From Octopus sinensis (Eukaryota), in assembly GCF_006345805.1 (NCBI RefSeq), contig NC_043002.1, positions 68,014,001 through 68,078,000 of the forward strand: 64,000 nucleotides of DNA. The letters run 5' to 3'. The notes under the pieces are model-generated. The model was not told the DNA's origin, searched no databases, and was given only the letters and a program-made list of their open reading frames with translations. Position numbers and translations under genes: made by a program. Below, in pieces: positions 1-12,335 of the stretch. How positions within the stretch are numbered: the first letter of the stretch is position 1; each line of letters starts with the position of its first letter.

Positions 1-160
1 GTGGCGAAAGAGTCAGCAGAAGTTTGCCATTACCTTCTGCTGGAGCCGCGTGGAGCTTAGGTGTTTCGCTCATAAACACACACATCGCCCGGTCTGAGAT
101 TCAAACCCGCGATCCCTTGACCGTGAATCCGTTGCTCTAACTACTAGGCCATGTGCCTTC
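1..160 (-). mobile_element. tRNA-derived SINE (family E), 5' portion
   Basis: Minus strand gaaggcacatggcctagtagttagagc...ggtttgaatctc shows Pol III A- and B-box-like motifs followed by non-tRNA body. Confidence 0.6.
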
Positions 161-397
161 TTCTGCAACAAATTTTCATTTATTTTCATATATTTTAATC
201 AGCCAGACATAAAAATAATGTATTAAATTTAAAATGGAATTTTAAAATATTTACTTCATACAATTTTAACATTTTTTTCTGTGTGGATACATTTTTACAG
301 TTTACATGGCATTGCAGATTTCATTTTAAAAAATGTCAGGAGAATACTTCTTTTCAACTAGGTCACTTCCCTTCAGAAAATCTAAAAGTCTGTGAAT

Positions 398-1043
398 GTG
401 TGTGGTAAGTAGCTTGCTTACTAACCGCATGGTTCTGGATTCAATCCCACTGCGTGGTGCCTTGGGCAAGTGTCTTCTACTATAGCCTCAGGCTGACCAA
501 AGCCTTGTGAGTGGATTTGGTAGATGGAAACTGAAAGAAGCCTATCGTATGTATCTATATATATATATGTATAAGGCGGCGAGCTGGCAGAAACGTTAGC
601 ACGCCGGGTGAAATGCGTAGCCGTATTTGGTCTGTCGTTACGTTCCGAGTTCAAATTCCGCCAAGGTCGACTTTGCCTTTCATCCTTTCGGGGTCGATAA
701 ATTAAGTACCAGTTACGCACAGGGGTCGATCTAATCGACTTAATCTGTTTGTCTGCCCTTGTTTGTCCCCTCTGTGTTTAGCCCCTTGTGGGTAGTAAAG
801 AAATATATATATATATATGTATGTGTGTGTGTATACGTTTGTGCATCTGTGTTTGTCCTCCCAACATCGCTTGACAACCGATGTTGGTGTGTTACATCCC
901 TGCAACTTAGCGGTTTGGCAAAAGAGACTGATAGAATAAGTACTAGGCTTACAAAGAATACGTCCTAGGGTCAGTTTGCTCAACTAAAGTTGGTGCTCCT
1001 GCATGGCCACAGTCAAATGACTGAAACAAGTAGAACAGAGTAA
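398..1043 (+). mobile_element. Bipartite tRNA-derived SINE (family B) with a nested family A SINE
   Basis: gtggtaagtagcttgctta...ggattcaatccc head, accttgggcaagtg CORE-like motif, central AT/GT microsatellite, right half ending gaaacaagta...gagtaaa. The same element recurs about 20 times in the window. Confidence 0.85.
575..804 (+). mobile_element. tRNA-derived SINE (family A)
   Basis: ggcggcgagctggcagaa A-box and gagttcaaattcc B-box, central ctttgcctttcatcctttcggggtcgataa domain, 3' tail gccccttgtgggtagtaaagaaata; inserted in the (AT)n of a family B SINE. Confidence 0.88.
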
Positions 1044-2570
1044 AGATTACCAATATATGTATAGATTTATACCTAGAGACTTTTAAAAGGTCTTGATACC
1101 AAAGCATGTGATATAAAAAATTTTAAAAATAAAAAATTTTACACAATGCTAGTCAAGTTGACCCATTTCTAGAACTTCCATTTTACCTATTTTTAGAAAT
1201 AAGCAATGTTCCAATATTAATTAGGGCATTTAATTAATATACTATGAATGCAAACACATGCATAAGTTAGTCAATATCCAAAATTAAGTTTGCCCTTCAT
1301 AGCAAAGAAGTTTGATATTTTCATACAGACATATGTAACTACAGTTGATTCCAAAATTATAACACCAAAATTAGTTCTTGTTTCAAGATTTTAATAGCAA
1401 GCTACTTGTAACTGCTCCTAATTTTATGATACTGTAGCAGATTTGAAACCAAATCACTGGACAGTCATGTGGTCACCACATTGAGATCACAATTGTTTCA
1501 CATGTTCAATCAATTAACTGACCAATCAGCCTTGAGTGATCATGTGATTTGATTTTCTAGAACCTTCTAATGAGTCTTATATAAAAGATGCATTTTTTGG
1601 GCTGTAACTTCAGAAGGCCAAGAGAGTTGCTTTAACAAACCCCATCTTACAGTTCTATATTTAAAAGATGAGGAATTATGTACATTATTTACATTATTTA
1701 CATTTGACGGATATTTGTCCTCATCTTGTTTGTTGTTAACACAACGTTTCAGCTGATATACCCTCCATTAAATAATGTAAAATCCCACCTTGTTTATTCA
1801 ATTCATCAGCCGTGCAGATTGAAGATACAGATTTGCCATCATGAATTTAGTACAATATTTCTTCAGTTGTGGTGGCCTAGTCACAGATTGATACATACCA
1901 GCTATTTTGTCATAGACCTCAGAACTTGTCTCTTCCAGTGTATTCAAATAGTTGTTTTTATTTTTCATCCAAAGACCAACACAGAACACACTACGTGCAG
2001 TAAAGAAAGCTTCTGTTAATTGTTTGTGTGTTGTTTAATCATTTTACACACAGCCAACAAGCAAAAACTACCATGCAACAAATTTTAAAGTATTTATATC
2101 TAAACGAAAATCTTTCATCATAATTTTATGTAACTTTTTTGTATTATGTTCCAAACATTATCTTAATGATGAAAAAGTCTGTTATTTTAATAAAAGCTTC
2201 CAAATTCCTGATTATTTAAAAATTAATTGAAAGACAATAATCTCAGGCAAACTAAAATCTTGTGAGTGGATTTGGTTGATGAACACTGACAGAACATTTT
2301 GTGTGTGTGGATGAAGTTGCTTCGCCTTTGCTGACATCATGTGATACTTGTAAAGGAGCATCATTGTGAAATATAAACAGTGTTATACACTTCTAATTTT
2401 CTGTGAAAACGCATAGCCATGAGAAAATATCTTTGTTTGGAGACAGGTGAGCATCAACAACAGAGCGTATACCTGGTTGTAGAAAACCTGCCTCTACAAA
2501 TTTCATCTGATCTATGCATGTTTGGAAAAATTGGACGTTAAACCAATGATATACAGATCAAGCGCCGCCT

Positions 2571-2884
2571 CAACTGGCTTCAGTGCCGGTGGCACATAAA
2601 AAGCACCATTTGAACGTGGCTGATGCCAACGCCACCTTGGCTGGCTTCCGTGCCGGTGGTACGTTAAAAGCTCCAACCGATCATGACCGATGCCGGACTC
2701 CCCTGGCACCTGTGCAGGTGGCACGTAAAAAGCACCCACTACACTCGCGGAGTGGTTGGCATTAGGAAGGGCATCCAGCTGTAGAAACACTGCCAGATCA
2801 GACTGGAGCCTGGTGCAGCCCTTGGCTTCCCAGACCCTGGTCGAACCGTCCAACCCGTGCTAGCGCGGAAAACGGACGTTAAAC

Positions 2885-2915
<31 letters not shown>
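2571..2915 (+). mobile_element. 5'-truncated RTE LINE 3'UTR (family C)
   Basis: Tandem ggcac..aaaaagcacc units, ggcattaggaagggcatccagctgtagaaac motif, ggacgttaaac(gat)n tail; same as the 3'UTR following the RTE ORF end at 25730-26527. Confidence 0.8.
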
Positions 2916-2961
2916 CCAGTGAAACATAACAGATTCCCACAAGATCTGCCTCTGAGATATA

Positions 2962-3479
2962 CCATAAATCCTCAAGTATAGTCCGCCCTTGAGTATAATA
3001 TGCAGGGGATTTTTAGCGGGCTGTACCTCTGAAAAACCTAAACCTTGTGTATAATACGCACCCCTTCTCTAACTTGAGTCAAGGAGGTCTATATAATGTC
3101 CTTGGTTTGTAAAACTGCATTCGGTAACATCCTTTATTATTATTGTATATATAACATAATGCAAACGTGTAGCATTTTTGTGCATTTTGTTTGCAGAAAA
3201 TGAAGAAATAACAGTAATAACAGCAATGTTTAATAAATGCTGCTTACTGCAAGTTATGGATGATTCTTTTATAACTTCATTACTTTCAGGCTTAGCTTAA
3301 GGTATATTCGTGCCCAACATCACAAAATGTGTCTGAATAAACATTGCCGGACAGCAAATTGATTCTCGGACATTGCTTAGAAAATAATTTTCATTTTTAA
3401 CCTCGTATATAGTATGCACTAGGGATTTTGACCTTTAAATTTTGGGGAAAAAATGCGGATTATACGCAAGGATTTATGG
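2962..3479. mobile_element. Non-autonomous Tc1/mariner-superfamily (pogo/Tigger-like) element
   Basis: TIRs ccataaatcctcaagtata / tatacgcaaggatttatgg with TA on both sides. Confidence 0.65.
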
Positions 3480-4658
3480 TACATTTTACACTGGAGAACT
3501 CCATAAGACATAAATCAAAGCTTAGAGAAATTACCTTTGTTCTCAAAGTATATAACAGAATTAAGACCTCCCAACAGCTATTCTCAGCTCACAAAATATG
3601 TAAAAAAACTACTATCATTTTATCTATTCATTTAACTGTCAATTTGCTTATCTATCTTTCTGACAAAGAAAAACTCAGGAAAAGCCCGTTAACAATTCAC
3701 TGATAGGCAGCGGCATGGTTGTGTGGTCAAGAAGCTCACTTCCCAACTGTATGGTTCCAGGTTCAGTCCCACTGTGTGGCACCTTGGGCAACTGTATTCT
3801 ACTATGGCCATGGGTCAACCAAAGCTTTGAAAATGAATTTTGTTGACCAAAACCGAAAAAAGCCCATCACAATCCCTTCTCACACTCTTACAAAAGCATT
3901 CGCTCTCTCATCCACTTCCTTGATTCACTGTCCATATCCTCTCTTACGCTCATCTTCTTGTTCCTTGGGAGTTTGCTGTAGCACCGCATCACTACCCACT
4001 GTTTATCTCCTTCATCCATGTATCACCACTGCAGCACGACACATGTCTTGTCCGTGTGTCATACTTTAGCCTTTCAACACCTCACATATAGCCACTCAAC
4101 TCCTGTGTTGTATTGGTTGCTTTTTTCATGCCACTGGCATTAGTGAGGTTTCCATGTAACTTGCAAAACAGAAAAGACTGGTGTTGGTATGTTTACATCC
4201 ACTATAACATAGTTCAGCAAAAGAGACCTATAGGATGGGTACCAAGCTTTAAAAAGCAAAAATAAACATAAGGACTGGAACTGTGGGATTGATTTGTTAG
4301 GCTAAAACCATTGAAGGTTATGCCCCAATTTGGCAGAAGTCCAGTGACTGAAATAATTAAAATATGGATGAGATTATTAAGACATAACATTTGGAACATA
4401 ATTCAGTAGAAGGTTCTTACATATGACTAAAAGAAGAGTATTTGGCCTACTGAGTCAAAAGTAGTCTAAGGTGGGTTAGTATTGAAAGGATTAAAACAAT
4501 AAGCTATAACCATTATTTATTATTATCTTTTTTTTGCTTCGTTTGACTTTTTATTAACTTAACATGACTTAACTTGTTTTGTTTTAATTATCTAAATTTG
4601 ATATGTATACAATGATGTAATGAATAAACTTAGTTTATTCACAATCATAAAACCAACG

Positions 4659-4694
<36 letters not shown>

Positions 4695-4701
4695 CATACA
4701 T

Positions 4702-4771
<70 letters not shown>

Positions 4772-4773
<2 letters not shown>

Positions 4774-4933
4774 CAGGTGTGGCTGTGTGGTAAGTAGCTT
4801 GTTGCTTACTAACCATATGGTTCTGGGTCCAGTCCTACTGCGTGGCACCTTAGACAAGTGTCTCTTACTATAGCCTCAGGTTGACTAAATCCTTGTGAGT
4901 GGATTTAGTACATGGAAACTGAAAGAAGCCTGT

Positions 4934-4980
<47 letters not shown>

Positions 4981-5210
4981 ATGTGTATACGTTTGTGAGT
5001 CTGTGTCTGTCCATACTGCTATCACTTGACAACCAATGCTGGTGTGTTCACATCCCTGTAACTTAGCAGTTCAGCAAAAGAGACTGATAGACTAAGTACT
5101 AGGCTTACAAAGAATAAGTCCCGGGGTCAATTTGTTCGACTAAAGGCAGTGCCTCAGCATGGCTGCAGTCAAATGACTGAAACAGGTAAAAGAATAAAAG
5201 AATAAGAATA
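4772..5210 (+). mobile_element. Family B SINE
   Basis: Full head, central microsatellite, right half and aaagaata tail. Confidence 0.85.
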
Positions 5211-6147
5211 TATATATATAAATAACCAGAATTGACAACCAGAAATGTTATTTGCACATGTGTCATTTACAAAGGTTTTTAAATAATAATGAAAAAAACA
5301 TAAGGATAAGCCTTTCCTTCAAACATTAATTTCATATTTCAAAAAATATTCAGGCAGTAGATATTCAAAAGAAAACCAAGCTTGGTTTACCAGCTGATGA
5401 TCAGAAACAAGCAACCGTGTGATATAATATATGGTAAGTACATACATATATATATATATATAGTTCGCATTTGTATTTGGTTTACAAGATTCTTCATGTG
5501 AATTTGTGTGTTGAAAGAAATACTATTGAACCTTGGGAAGAGCATAATGTGATGAAATAATTATTTGACAAAGAAAAAGGAATAACAACACGAACAATAC
5601 TAAACGATAATAAAGGACTGAACCATTGCACGTGTTTATAATTACTGGCATAATGCCCCTCCCAAGATTCAATAGTATATATGTATATATATAAAATAGG
5701 CAGTTTTATATTTAATTTTAGAAATATATGCACGCACTCCTAAACACACAATGGTATATATATATCATCATCATATATATGTGTGTGTGTGTTTGTATAT
5801 TTAAAAGGTTTTGCAAGAAATACTTGGTAGAGTCACTGTGTTTAAAGAAATACTTGGTAGAGTCATTGTGTTTAAAGAAAGATTTTCTTAAAAGCTATTA
5901 ACTGTCTTTAAATTATTTGTTTTCAAAAACAGAATGGCGCATACCTTTTGGTGAGAAGTTATTGTGTCATGCATGTTATGTGTAAGCATTTTCACACAAA
6001 ATACACTCGATATGAAAAACTCCTTTTTTAAAAGGTTCATAACATTCTGCTTTTTAAAAACAAAAATTTTATATAGCTAACAGGTTTTAAGAAAATCTCT
6101 CTTCAAATATATATATAGACAGATAGATGGATATATATATATATATA

Positions 6148-6229
6148 TTATTTTCCTGAGTGTTGTAGCTCCTGGTGTTCATCAAGATCTTTGTAGCCAT
6201 TTGATTGCTTGATTTGAAACCACATGACC
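6148..6229 (-). CDS. SLC46: SLC46-family transporter, final coding exon (82 bp incl. TAA)
   Basis: Strong polypyrimidine acceptor ttttgtctttcctttttattttcatgcag|; phase 2 gives (V)VMWFQIKQSNGYKDLDEHQELQHSGK*. Total 457 aa is a typical SLC46 length. Confidence 0.8.
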
Positions 6230-6382
6230 CTGCATGAAAATAAAAAGGAAAGACAAAAATTTATCATAGTAAATATTTCAATAAATTTACTTTTATAAAT
6301 TCATTTTATATTTCATATGAATACAATTTAATACAAAAAATATAATTTTAACATATAAATCACCTTGTCTTTAGAGTGTGTT

Positions 6383-6587
6383 CTTTTATTCTTTTACTTG
6401 TTTTAGTCATTTGACTGTGGCCATGCTGGAGCACCGCCTTTTTAAGTCGAACAAATCGACCCCAGGACTTTTGCTATGTAAGCTTAGTACTTGTTCTATC
6501 GGTCTCTTTTACCAAACCGCTACGTTATAGGGATGTAAACACACCAACATTAGTTGTCAAGCAATGTTGGTGGGGGGTACAAACACA

Positions 6588-6625
<38 letters not shown>

Positions 6626-6780
6626 ATGGGCTTCTTTCATGTTCCATCTACCAAATCTACTCATATGGCATTGGTCGGCTTCAGGCTATAGTAAAAGACA
6701 CTTGCCCAAGGTGCCACACAGAGGGATTGAACATGAAACCATGTGGTTGGGAAGCAAGCTTCTTACCACACAGTCACTCT
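6383..6780 (-). mobile_element. Family B SINE
   Basis: Reverse-orientation full copy with (CA)n centre. Confidence 0.85.
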
Positions 6781-7102
6781 ATATTGACAATATTTATATT
6801 TTATCTGTTATCTTTCACTTGCTTCAGTCATTGGATTACAGCCATGCCTTGAAGGATTTAGTCAAACAAATCAACCACACTACTTACTTTTTGGATCTGG
6901 TACTTACTCTATCAGTCTCTTTTGCTAAACTGCTAAGTTACATAAGGGCATAAACAAACCAATATCAGTTGTCAAGCTGTTGTAGGGGACAAACACAAAC
7001 TCAATGACATATACACACTGAGATACACCTATGTATGTATGTATGTATGTATGTATGTATGTATGTATGTATGTATCTATCTATCTATATATATATATAT
7101 AT

Positions 7103-7152
<50 letters not shown>

Positions 7153-7379
7153 AAGCTTCTAACAATGCAGAAAGTTTTACAAAAAACCTTTATATCTCAG
7201 GGGTGAAGGCCTATCTTCAGAATGAAGCAGTCCAAGAAATGTCTAGTTACATTGAAGCCATTATCCTATTTAAACTTTCAATATTTGGATTAGCAGCAGC
7301 GCAAGCAACTCTCCCACTACAATGCACTGATATATATTATATATATATTATATATATATATAATGTATGTATATGTATA

Positions 7380-7411
<32 letters not shown>

Positions 7412-7416
<5 letters not shown>

Positions 7417-7629
7417 AATGTGATTGCGTGTGTACCATTGGCGATTTATTTTTTCCTCTGTCTTCCCTTCTTTGGATCTTTCCTTTTCCTATGTTTCTGA
7501 TGAAGAGCTCCACTCGAAATGTTAAACCCTCCTTCTTTCCTTCTTTCCTGAGTGTCCAATAATACTATACTTGTTTCACGTCCTCGCGTTGTTGTGTTTT
7601 CTCTTTGTGTTTTCATGCTTGGATTAACT
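7412..7629 (+). mobile_element. Penelope-like pLTR-type repeat carrying a minimal hammerhead motif
   Basis: gttt-CTGATGA-agagctccactc-GAAA-tgtt-aaac at 7493-7527, flanked by AT microsatellites. pLTR assignment is inferred from the HHR type. Confidence 0.55.
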
Positions 7630-7641
7630 ATATATATATAT

Positions 7642-7971
7642 ATCATCATCATCATCATCAACATAGTTTAATGGCCACTTTCTATGCTGGCATGGGTTGG
7701 ACAGTTTGACTGAGGACTGGCAAGCCAGCAATTTGCATCAGGCTCCAATCTGATCTGGTAAGGTTTCTACAGCTGGATGTCCTTCCTCATGCCAACCACT
7801 CTGAGAGTGTAGTGGGTACTCTTTACATGCCACCGGTACGGGGGCCAGTCAGGCGTTACTGGCTTTGACCATGCTCGAATGATGCTTTTTATATGCAATA
7901 AGCATGGGGGCCAGTTAGGCAGCACTGGTATCGACCACACTCAAATGGTGCTTTTTACATGCCACCAGCAC
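7642..7971 (-). mobile_element. RTE 3'UTR fragment (family C)
   Basis: (cat)n tail, ctacagctggatgtccttcc motif, three tandem units. Confidence 0.78.
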
Positions 7972-8380
7972 TAAGATTAAATAAGTATCAGTTGAACACA
8001 AGTCAATATAATCAACTAGTCCTACCGAATGGTTGAAACCAATATTACCATCATCATCATGTTTACAAGAAAAATATCCATGCATAACTCTTTATAGTAT
8101 ACAGAGGATTTATTTTCCAGATCTTTCTTTGTGGTTCAGTAGTCCAGCATTTCTGGTATTGCAAGGGAGATCATCAAAAAGTGTGTACTGTTTGAAGAGT
8201 TCACTATTGACTAGTACGAAGTTCTTATCTTTGTTGTTGACCACATGGTTGTATGTATGCATGCTTGCATACAAGTATATGTATGTATGCATGCAGGGTA
8301 TATGTGTGTTTGTATGTATATATGTACGTATGTATGCATGTATATATACTTGCAGATATATATGGGTATATATATGTATA

Positions 8381-8832
8381 TGAAGGGGGTTCTGAAAAGT
8401 TCCTTATTTCTTTATTACCCACAAGGGGCTAAACATAGAAGGGACGAACAAGGACAGACAAAGGGATTAAGTCGATTACATTGACTCCAGTGTGTAACTG
8501 GTACTTAATCTATCAACCCCGAAAGGATGAAAGGCAAAGTCGACCTCGGCTGAATTTGAATGCAGAACGCATTGGATGCAGACGAAATACTGCTAAGCAT
8601 TTTGCCCGGCGTGCTAACATTTCTGCCAGCTCAGTGACTAGCTAAAGTTCCTGGCTTTAAGGCTATTGTGAAAGCCCAACCTTTCGAGTTCTTTTATAGA
8701 GCTTAGAAAAATTGAAGGACCACTGCAATAAGTGTGTGGAACTGAGAGGGGTGTATATTGAATAAATCATAATTAATTGATCCTCTTGTATTTCCTTTTA
8801 CCCAAAGCCAGGACATTTTCAGTAACCCCTTG
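8381..8832 (+). mobile_element. Mariner-derived MITE interrupted by a family A SINE (8405-8635, minus)
   Basis: TA-flanked TIRs (gggggttctgaaaagttcc / ggacattttcagtaacccc); decayed mariner C-terminal KCV..RG motif; SINE flanked by 9-bp TSD aaagttcct (8396-8404, 8644-8652). Confidence 0.75.
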
Positions 8833-9076
8833 TATTTGTATGTGTCTATGTATGTATGCATGTATATATGTACGCAGGTACATACGTGTGTACATTCTAT
8901 GTATGTGTATCTGTATGTTGGCACGAGGACCATAGTTTTCAGGGCAGGGGTGATTACATTATCTTCAATGCCAGAAGACATGGCCCTAAGCATTTTGTCC
9001 ATCCAACATGTTAATAATCCTATCATCTTGTCATCTTATGGATGTGTGTGTGTTTGTGTATGCATCTATGTATATT

Positions 9077-9109
<33 letters not shown>

Positions 9110-9140
9110 GCAACTGTGTATATATATGTGAATGTATATA

Positions 9141-9197
<57 letters not shown>

Positions 9198-9429
9198 GAT
9201 TGACTTACTTGTTGTTTGACAATTTCATCTGTGTATATATATGATGGAATCTCCTGTCGTTAGATGATGTGTGAGGGTTCAACAATTTAGTGCTGAATTG
9301 TTTATAGTGATCAAATGTGTACACATAAGCTCACTCCCTCCATCAAATCAACATTACCTGTAGAGGTGCATCAGGGTGCCACATCTCAGATGTCAAAATA
9401 ATCACAGAGCAACGTGAATGAAGTGCTTT

Positions 9430-9800
9430 ATTCTTTTACTCTTTTATTCTTTTACTTGTTTCAGTCATTTGACTGTTGCCATGCTGGAGCATCGCCTCTA
9501 GTCGAGTAAATCAACCCCAGGACTTTGTAAGCCTAGTACTTATTCTATCAGTCTCTTTTGCTGAACCGCAAAGTTATGGGGACGTAAACACACCAGCATC
9601 GATCGTCAAGCAATGTTGCAGGGACAGACACACACACACAAGTACACACATATATATATACATATATACAACGAGCTTCTTTCAGTTTCTGTCTACCAAA
9701 TCCACTCACAAGGCTTTGGTTGGCCCGAGGCTTTAGTAGAAGACACTTGCCCAAGGTGCCACGCAGTGGGACTGAACCCAGAACCATATGGTTCAATGCA
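9430..9800 (-). mobile_element. Family B SINE
   Basis: Reverse copy with ttactctt tail repeats. Confidence 0.85.
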
Positions 9801-10088
9801 ACACATTGCAATATGTGGAAAGGTGTGGCTCTTAGTTGAAGGATTGAAAGAGCATGTCAAAAGAGTTCATATTGTGGCACTTGTTTCTTTTGCCAGCCAG
9901 AAAAGCTGTGCATTATGCAGTAGAATGTGCAAAACTTTCACTGTTGTCAAGAGTCATACAAGGGCCTCACATTGCATCAACATTGACTCATTTCAGTGAT
10001 TCGATCTAGCAATGGCTTTGCTTTTATACAAGAAAGAAGCTAAGATGTCTGTAAGTATGTATGTATGTATGTATGCATGCATACTTAC

Positions 10089-10245
10089 ACTGTGAATAGA
10101 GTGCATAGCGAACATATTGCAGTTGAAACAAAGAAGACAAATCCTTGGTGTATATCAAAAGTGAGGCTGTAAAGACCGTTGAAACACAGTGAAGCAAGTA
10201 ATGCCATCAGGTTTTCTAGGTATGCCATAAAGGTGAAGAGTTTGG
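10089..10245 (-). CDS. SLC46: SLC46-family transporter, coding exon 4 (157 bp)
   Basis: cattgcag| acceptor, AKLFTFMAYLENLMALLASLCFNGLYSLTFDIHQGFVFFVSTAICSLCTLFT (TM11-12), donor AGT|gtaagt in phase 2. Confidence 0.9.
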
Positions 10246-10276
10246 CTGCAATGTATGAAGAAAAGAATTTCTGAAT

Positions 10277-10342
10277 TATCATCATTATCGTCATCATAAT
10301 CATCATCATCATCATCAACATCATCATCAACATTGTCATCAA

Positions 10343-10374
<32 letters not shown>

Positions 10375-10535
10375 ACATTGTTTTCAAAATCATCATCATC
10401 ATCACATTCACCTAATTATTATTATCATCGTCGTCGTCACCACAACCATCACCACCACCACCACCACCACCACCCTCCTCATCATCATTGTCACATTCAT
10501 CATCATCATCATCACCATCCTCCTCCGCCTCCTCC
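10277..10535. repeat. Compound (CAT)n/(CAC)n/(CCT)n microsatellite just upstream of the exon 4 acceptor
   Basis: Directly visible; explains the His-, Met- and Ser-rich ORFs in the track. Confidence 0.95.
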
Positions 10536-10842
10536 TCTAGGCCAATATTTTGGAGAGGAAGACCAAGATATAATAGGCAATGAGGTTGTACATTTATGTA
10601 TGGGCCAATATGGGTCATGACCAAGGGGCACCAAAGCTTGTGGGTCCTAAGCATTGGGGGTTCCTTTAGCTCAGAGAAGCCTAAAGCTTAGAGTTAAAAT
10701 TACAAAATTTATTAACTGGAATCAAGTAGGTGAGTATTGTAGTTCACTTGAAACATTGTGTATTGTTTGTAAAGAAGAAAAAGTTTTGAATGACACAGCA
10801 ATGCACTTTAATACAAACAATGGGCTATAATAACTGTTGTAC

Positions 10843-11255
10843 TCTCTTTTACTCTTTTACTTGTTTCAGTCATGTGACTGTGGCCATGCTGGAGCACCGC
10901 CTTTTGTCAAGCAAATCGCCCCCAGGACTTATTCTTTGTAAGCCTAGTACTTATTCTATCGGAGTCTTTTGCCAAACTGCCAAGTTACTGGGACGTAAAC
11001 ACACCACCATCGATTATCAAGCGATGATGGGGGAACAAACAGAGACACACAAACATACGCACACACACACACACACACACATACATATATACGATAGGCT
11101 TATTTCAGTTTCCGTCTACCAAATCCACTCACAAGGCTTTGGTTGGCCCGAGGCTATAGTAGAAGACACTTGCCCAAGGTGACATGCAGTGGGACTGAAC
11201 CCGGAACCATGTGGTTGGTAAGTAAGCTACTTACCACGCAGCCACTCCTACGCCT
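10843..11255 (-). mobile_element. Family B SINE
   Basis: Full reverse copy with (ttactctt)n tail. Confidence 0.87.
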
Positions 11256-12099
11256 ATTAGAAAAATCTTTTTTTTTTTTTTCCACAAGTGCCTCTGTAGT
11301 GGCCTCACGAAAATATGATTAAATTACAACAGTTATTATAGTTCATTGTTTGTATTACAGTGCATTGTTGTGTCATTCGAAACATTTTATTCTTTGCACA
11401 TTTTATTCATTATTTTTTTTTAATCAAATAGAGTTGGTTTTTTTTAATTATTGTGCCATCTTTTGATTTATTGAGTCTTTTTAGATTTAATAAGAAACCA
11501 TTAACCCTTTCATTACTGCACTTATTTTGAGATGCTCTGTTTACCACATGGTTCTGGATTCAGTCCCACTGCTTGGCTTCTTGGTAGTGGTGGTAGTGGT
11601 AGAGGAGGAGGAGGGGTCTGAGACTAAATAGCTGCAAGAAACAGAGGCTAATGTAATAGTGGAAGAAAAGACAGAAAGAGAGAGAGAAGAGACGCATGTT
11701 TGTGAGCAGATTTCAGGAGGTGAATAAATGACAGCAACACGAGGAAAGGAAGGAACCTCTATGTAATTGCTTGACCTACTAGAAATAGCAATCAAATCTC
11801 TCTCAAATTACACCTTATTTCTACTACATACAGCCATGAAGATCAGTCTTAGGTCTGTCACAAGCCTACATTGTCATTAAGTTGGAGCTTATTCCACTTT
11901 CTGTGCTATATAAGCAACTAAGAGTACAATATTTACTCATTCCATTGCATGGTTAACTCACAACAATAATGATGGTGGTGGGGTAGGCTCTATACTCAGC
12001 TGATTAAACAGTATGGAAAGCAGGGTGGGATCTGGCCCCATGAGCCTGTGGGTTTGTGACAACCCAAAGACTAAGACTGTCATGATAATAGATGTAAAA

Positions 12100-12335
12100 C
12101 TGGCGGTGAGCTAGCAGAAACGTTAGCACGCTAGGCGAAATGCTTAGCGGTATTTCGTCTGCCATTACGTGCTGAGTTCAAATTCTGTGAAGGTTGACTT
12201 TGCCTTTCATCCTTTCGGGGTCGATAAATCAAGTACCAGTTATGCATTGGGGATGATGTAATCGACTTAATTCCTTTGTCTGTCCTTGTTTGATCCCTCT
12301 ATGTTTAGCCCCTCGTGGGCAATAAAGAGATAAGT
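12100..12335 (+). mobile_element. Family A SINE
   Basis: ggcggtgagctagcagaaac head, gagttcaaattc B-box, conserved central domain, same tail as 575-804. Confidence 0.85.

Noticed and set aside
575-660. tRNA-like A/B boxes as tRNA genes
   Set aside because: They continue into SINE bodies in many copies and no complete cloverleaf with acceptor stem is evident.
5390-5415. CTGATGA-tca-GAAAC as a hammerhead
   Set aside because: Only 3 nt separate the core halves, so there is no stem II, and there is no stem I/III complementarity.
8110-8292. Minus-strand ORF as the last SLC46 exon
   Set aside because: The ORF frame has no suitable phase-2 acceptor; 6229-6148 has a far stronger acceptor and the correct phase.
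10333-10654. His/Pro/Ser- or Asp/Glu-rich ORFs that look like low-complexity proteins
   Set aside because: They are pure (CAT)/(CAC)/(CCT) microsatellite translations with no splice or homology support; the same applies to the IY-, CV-, HT- and poly-M/I ORFs across the track.
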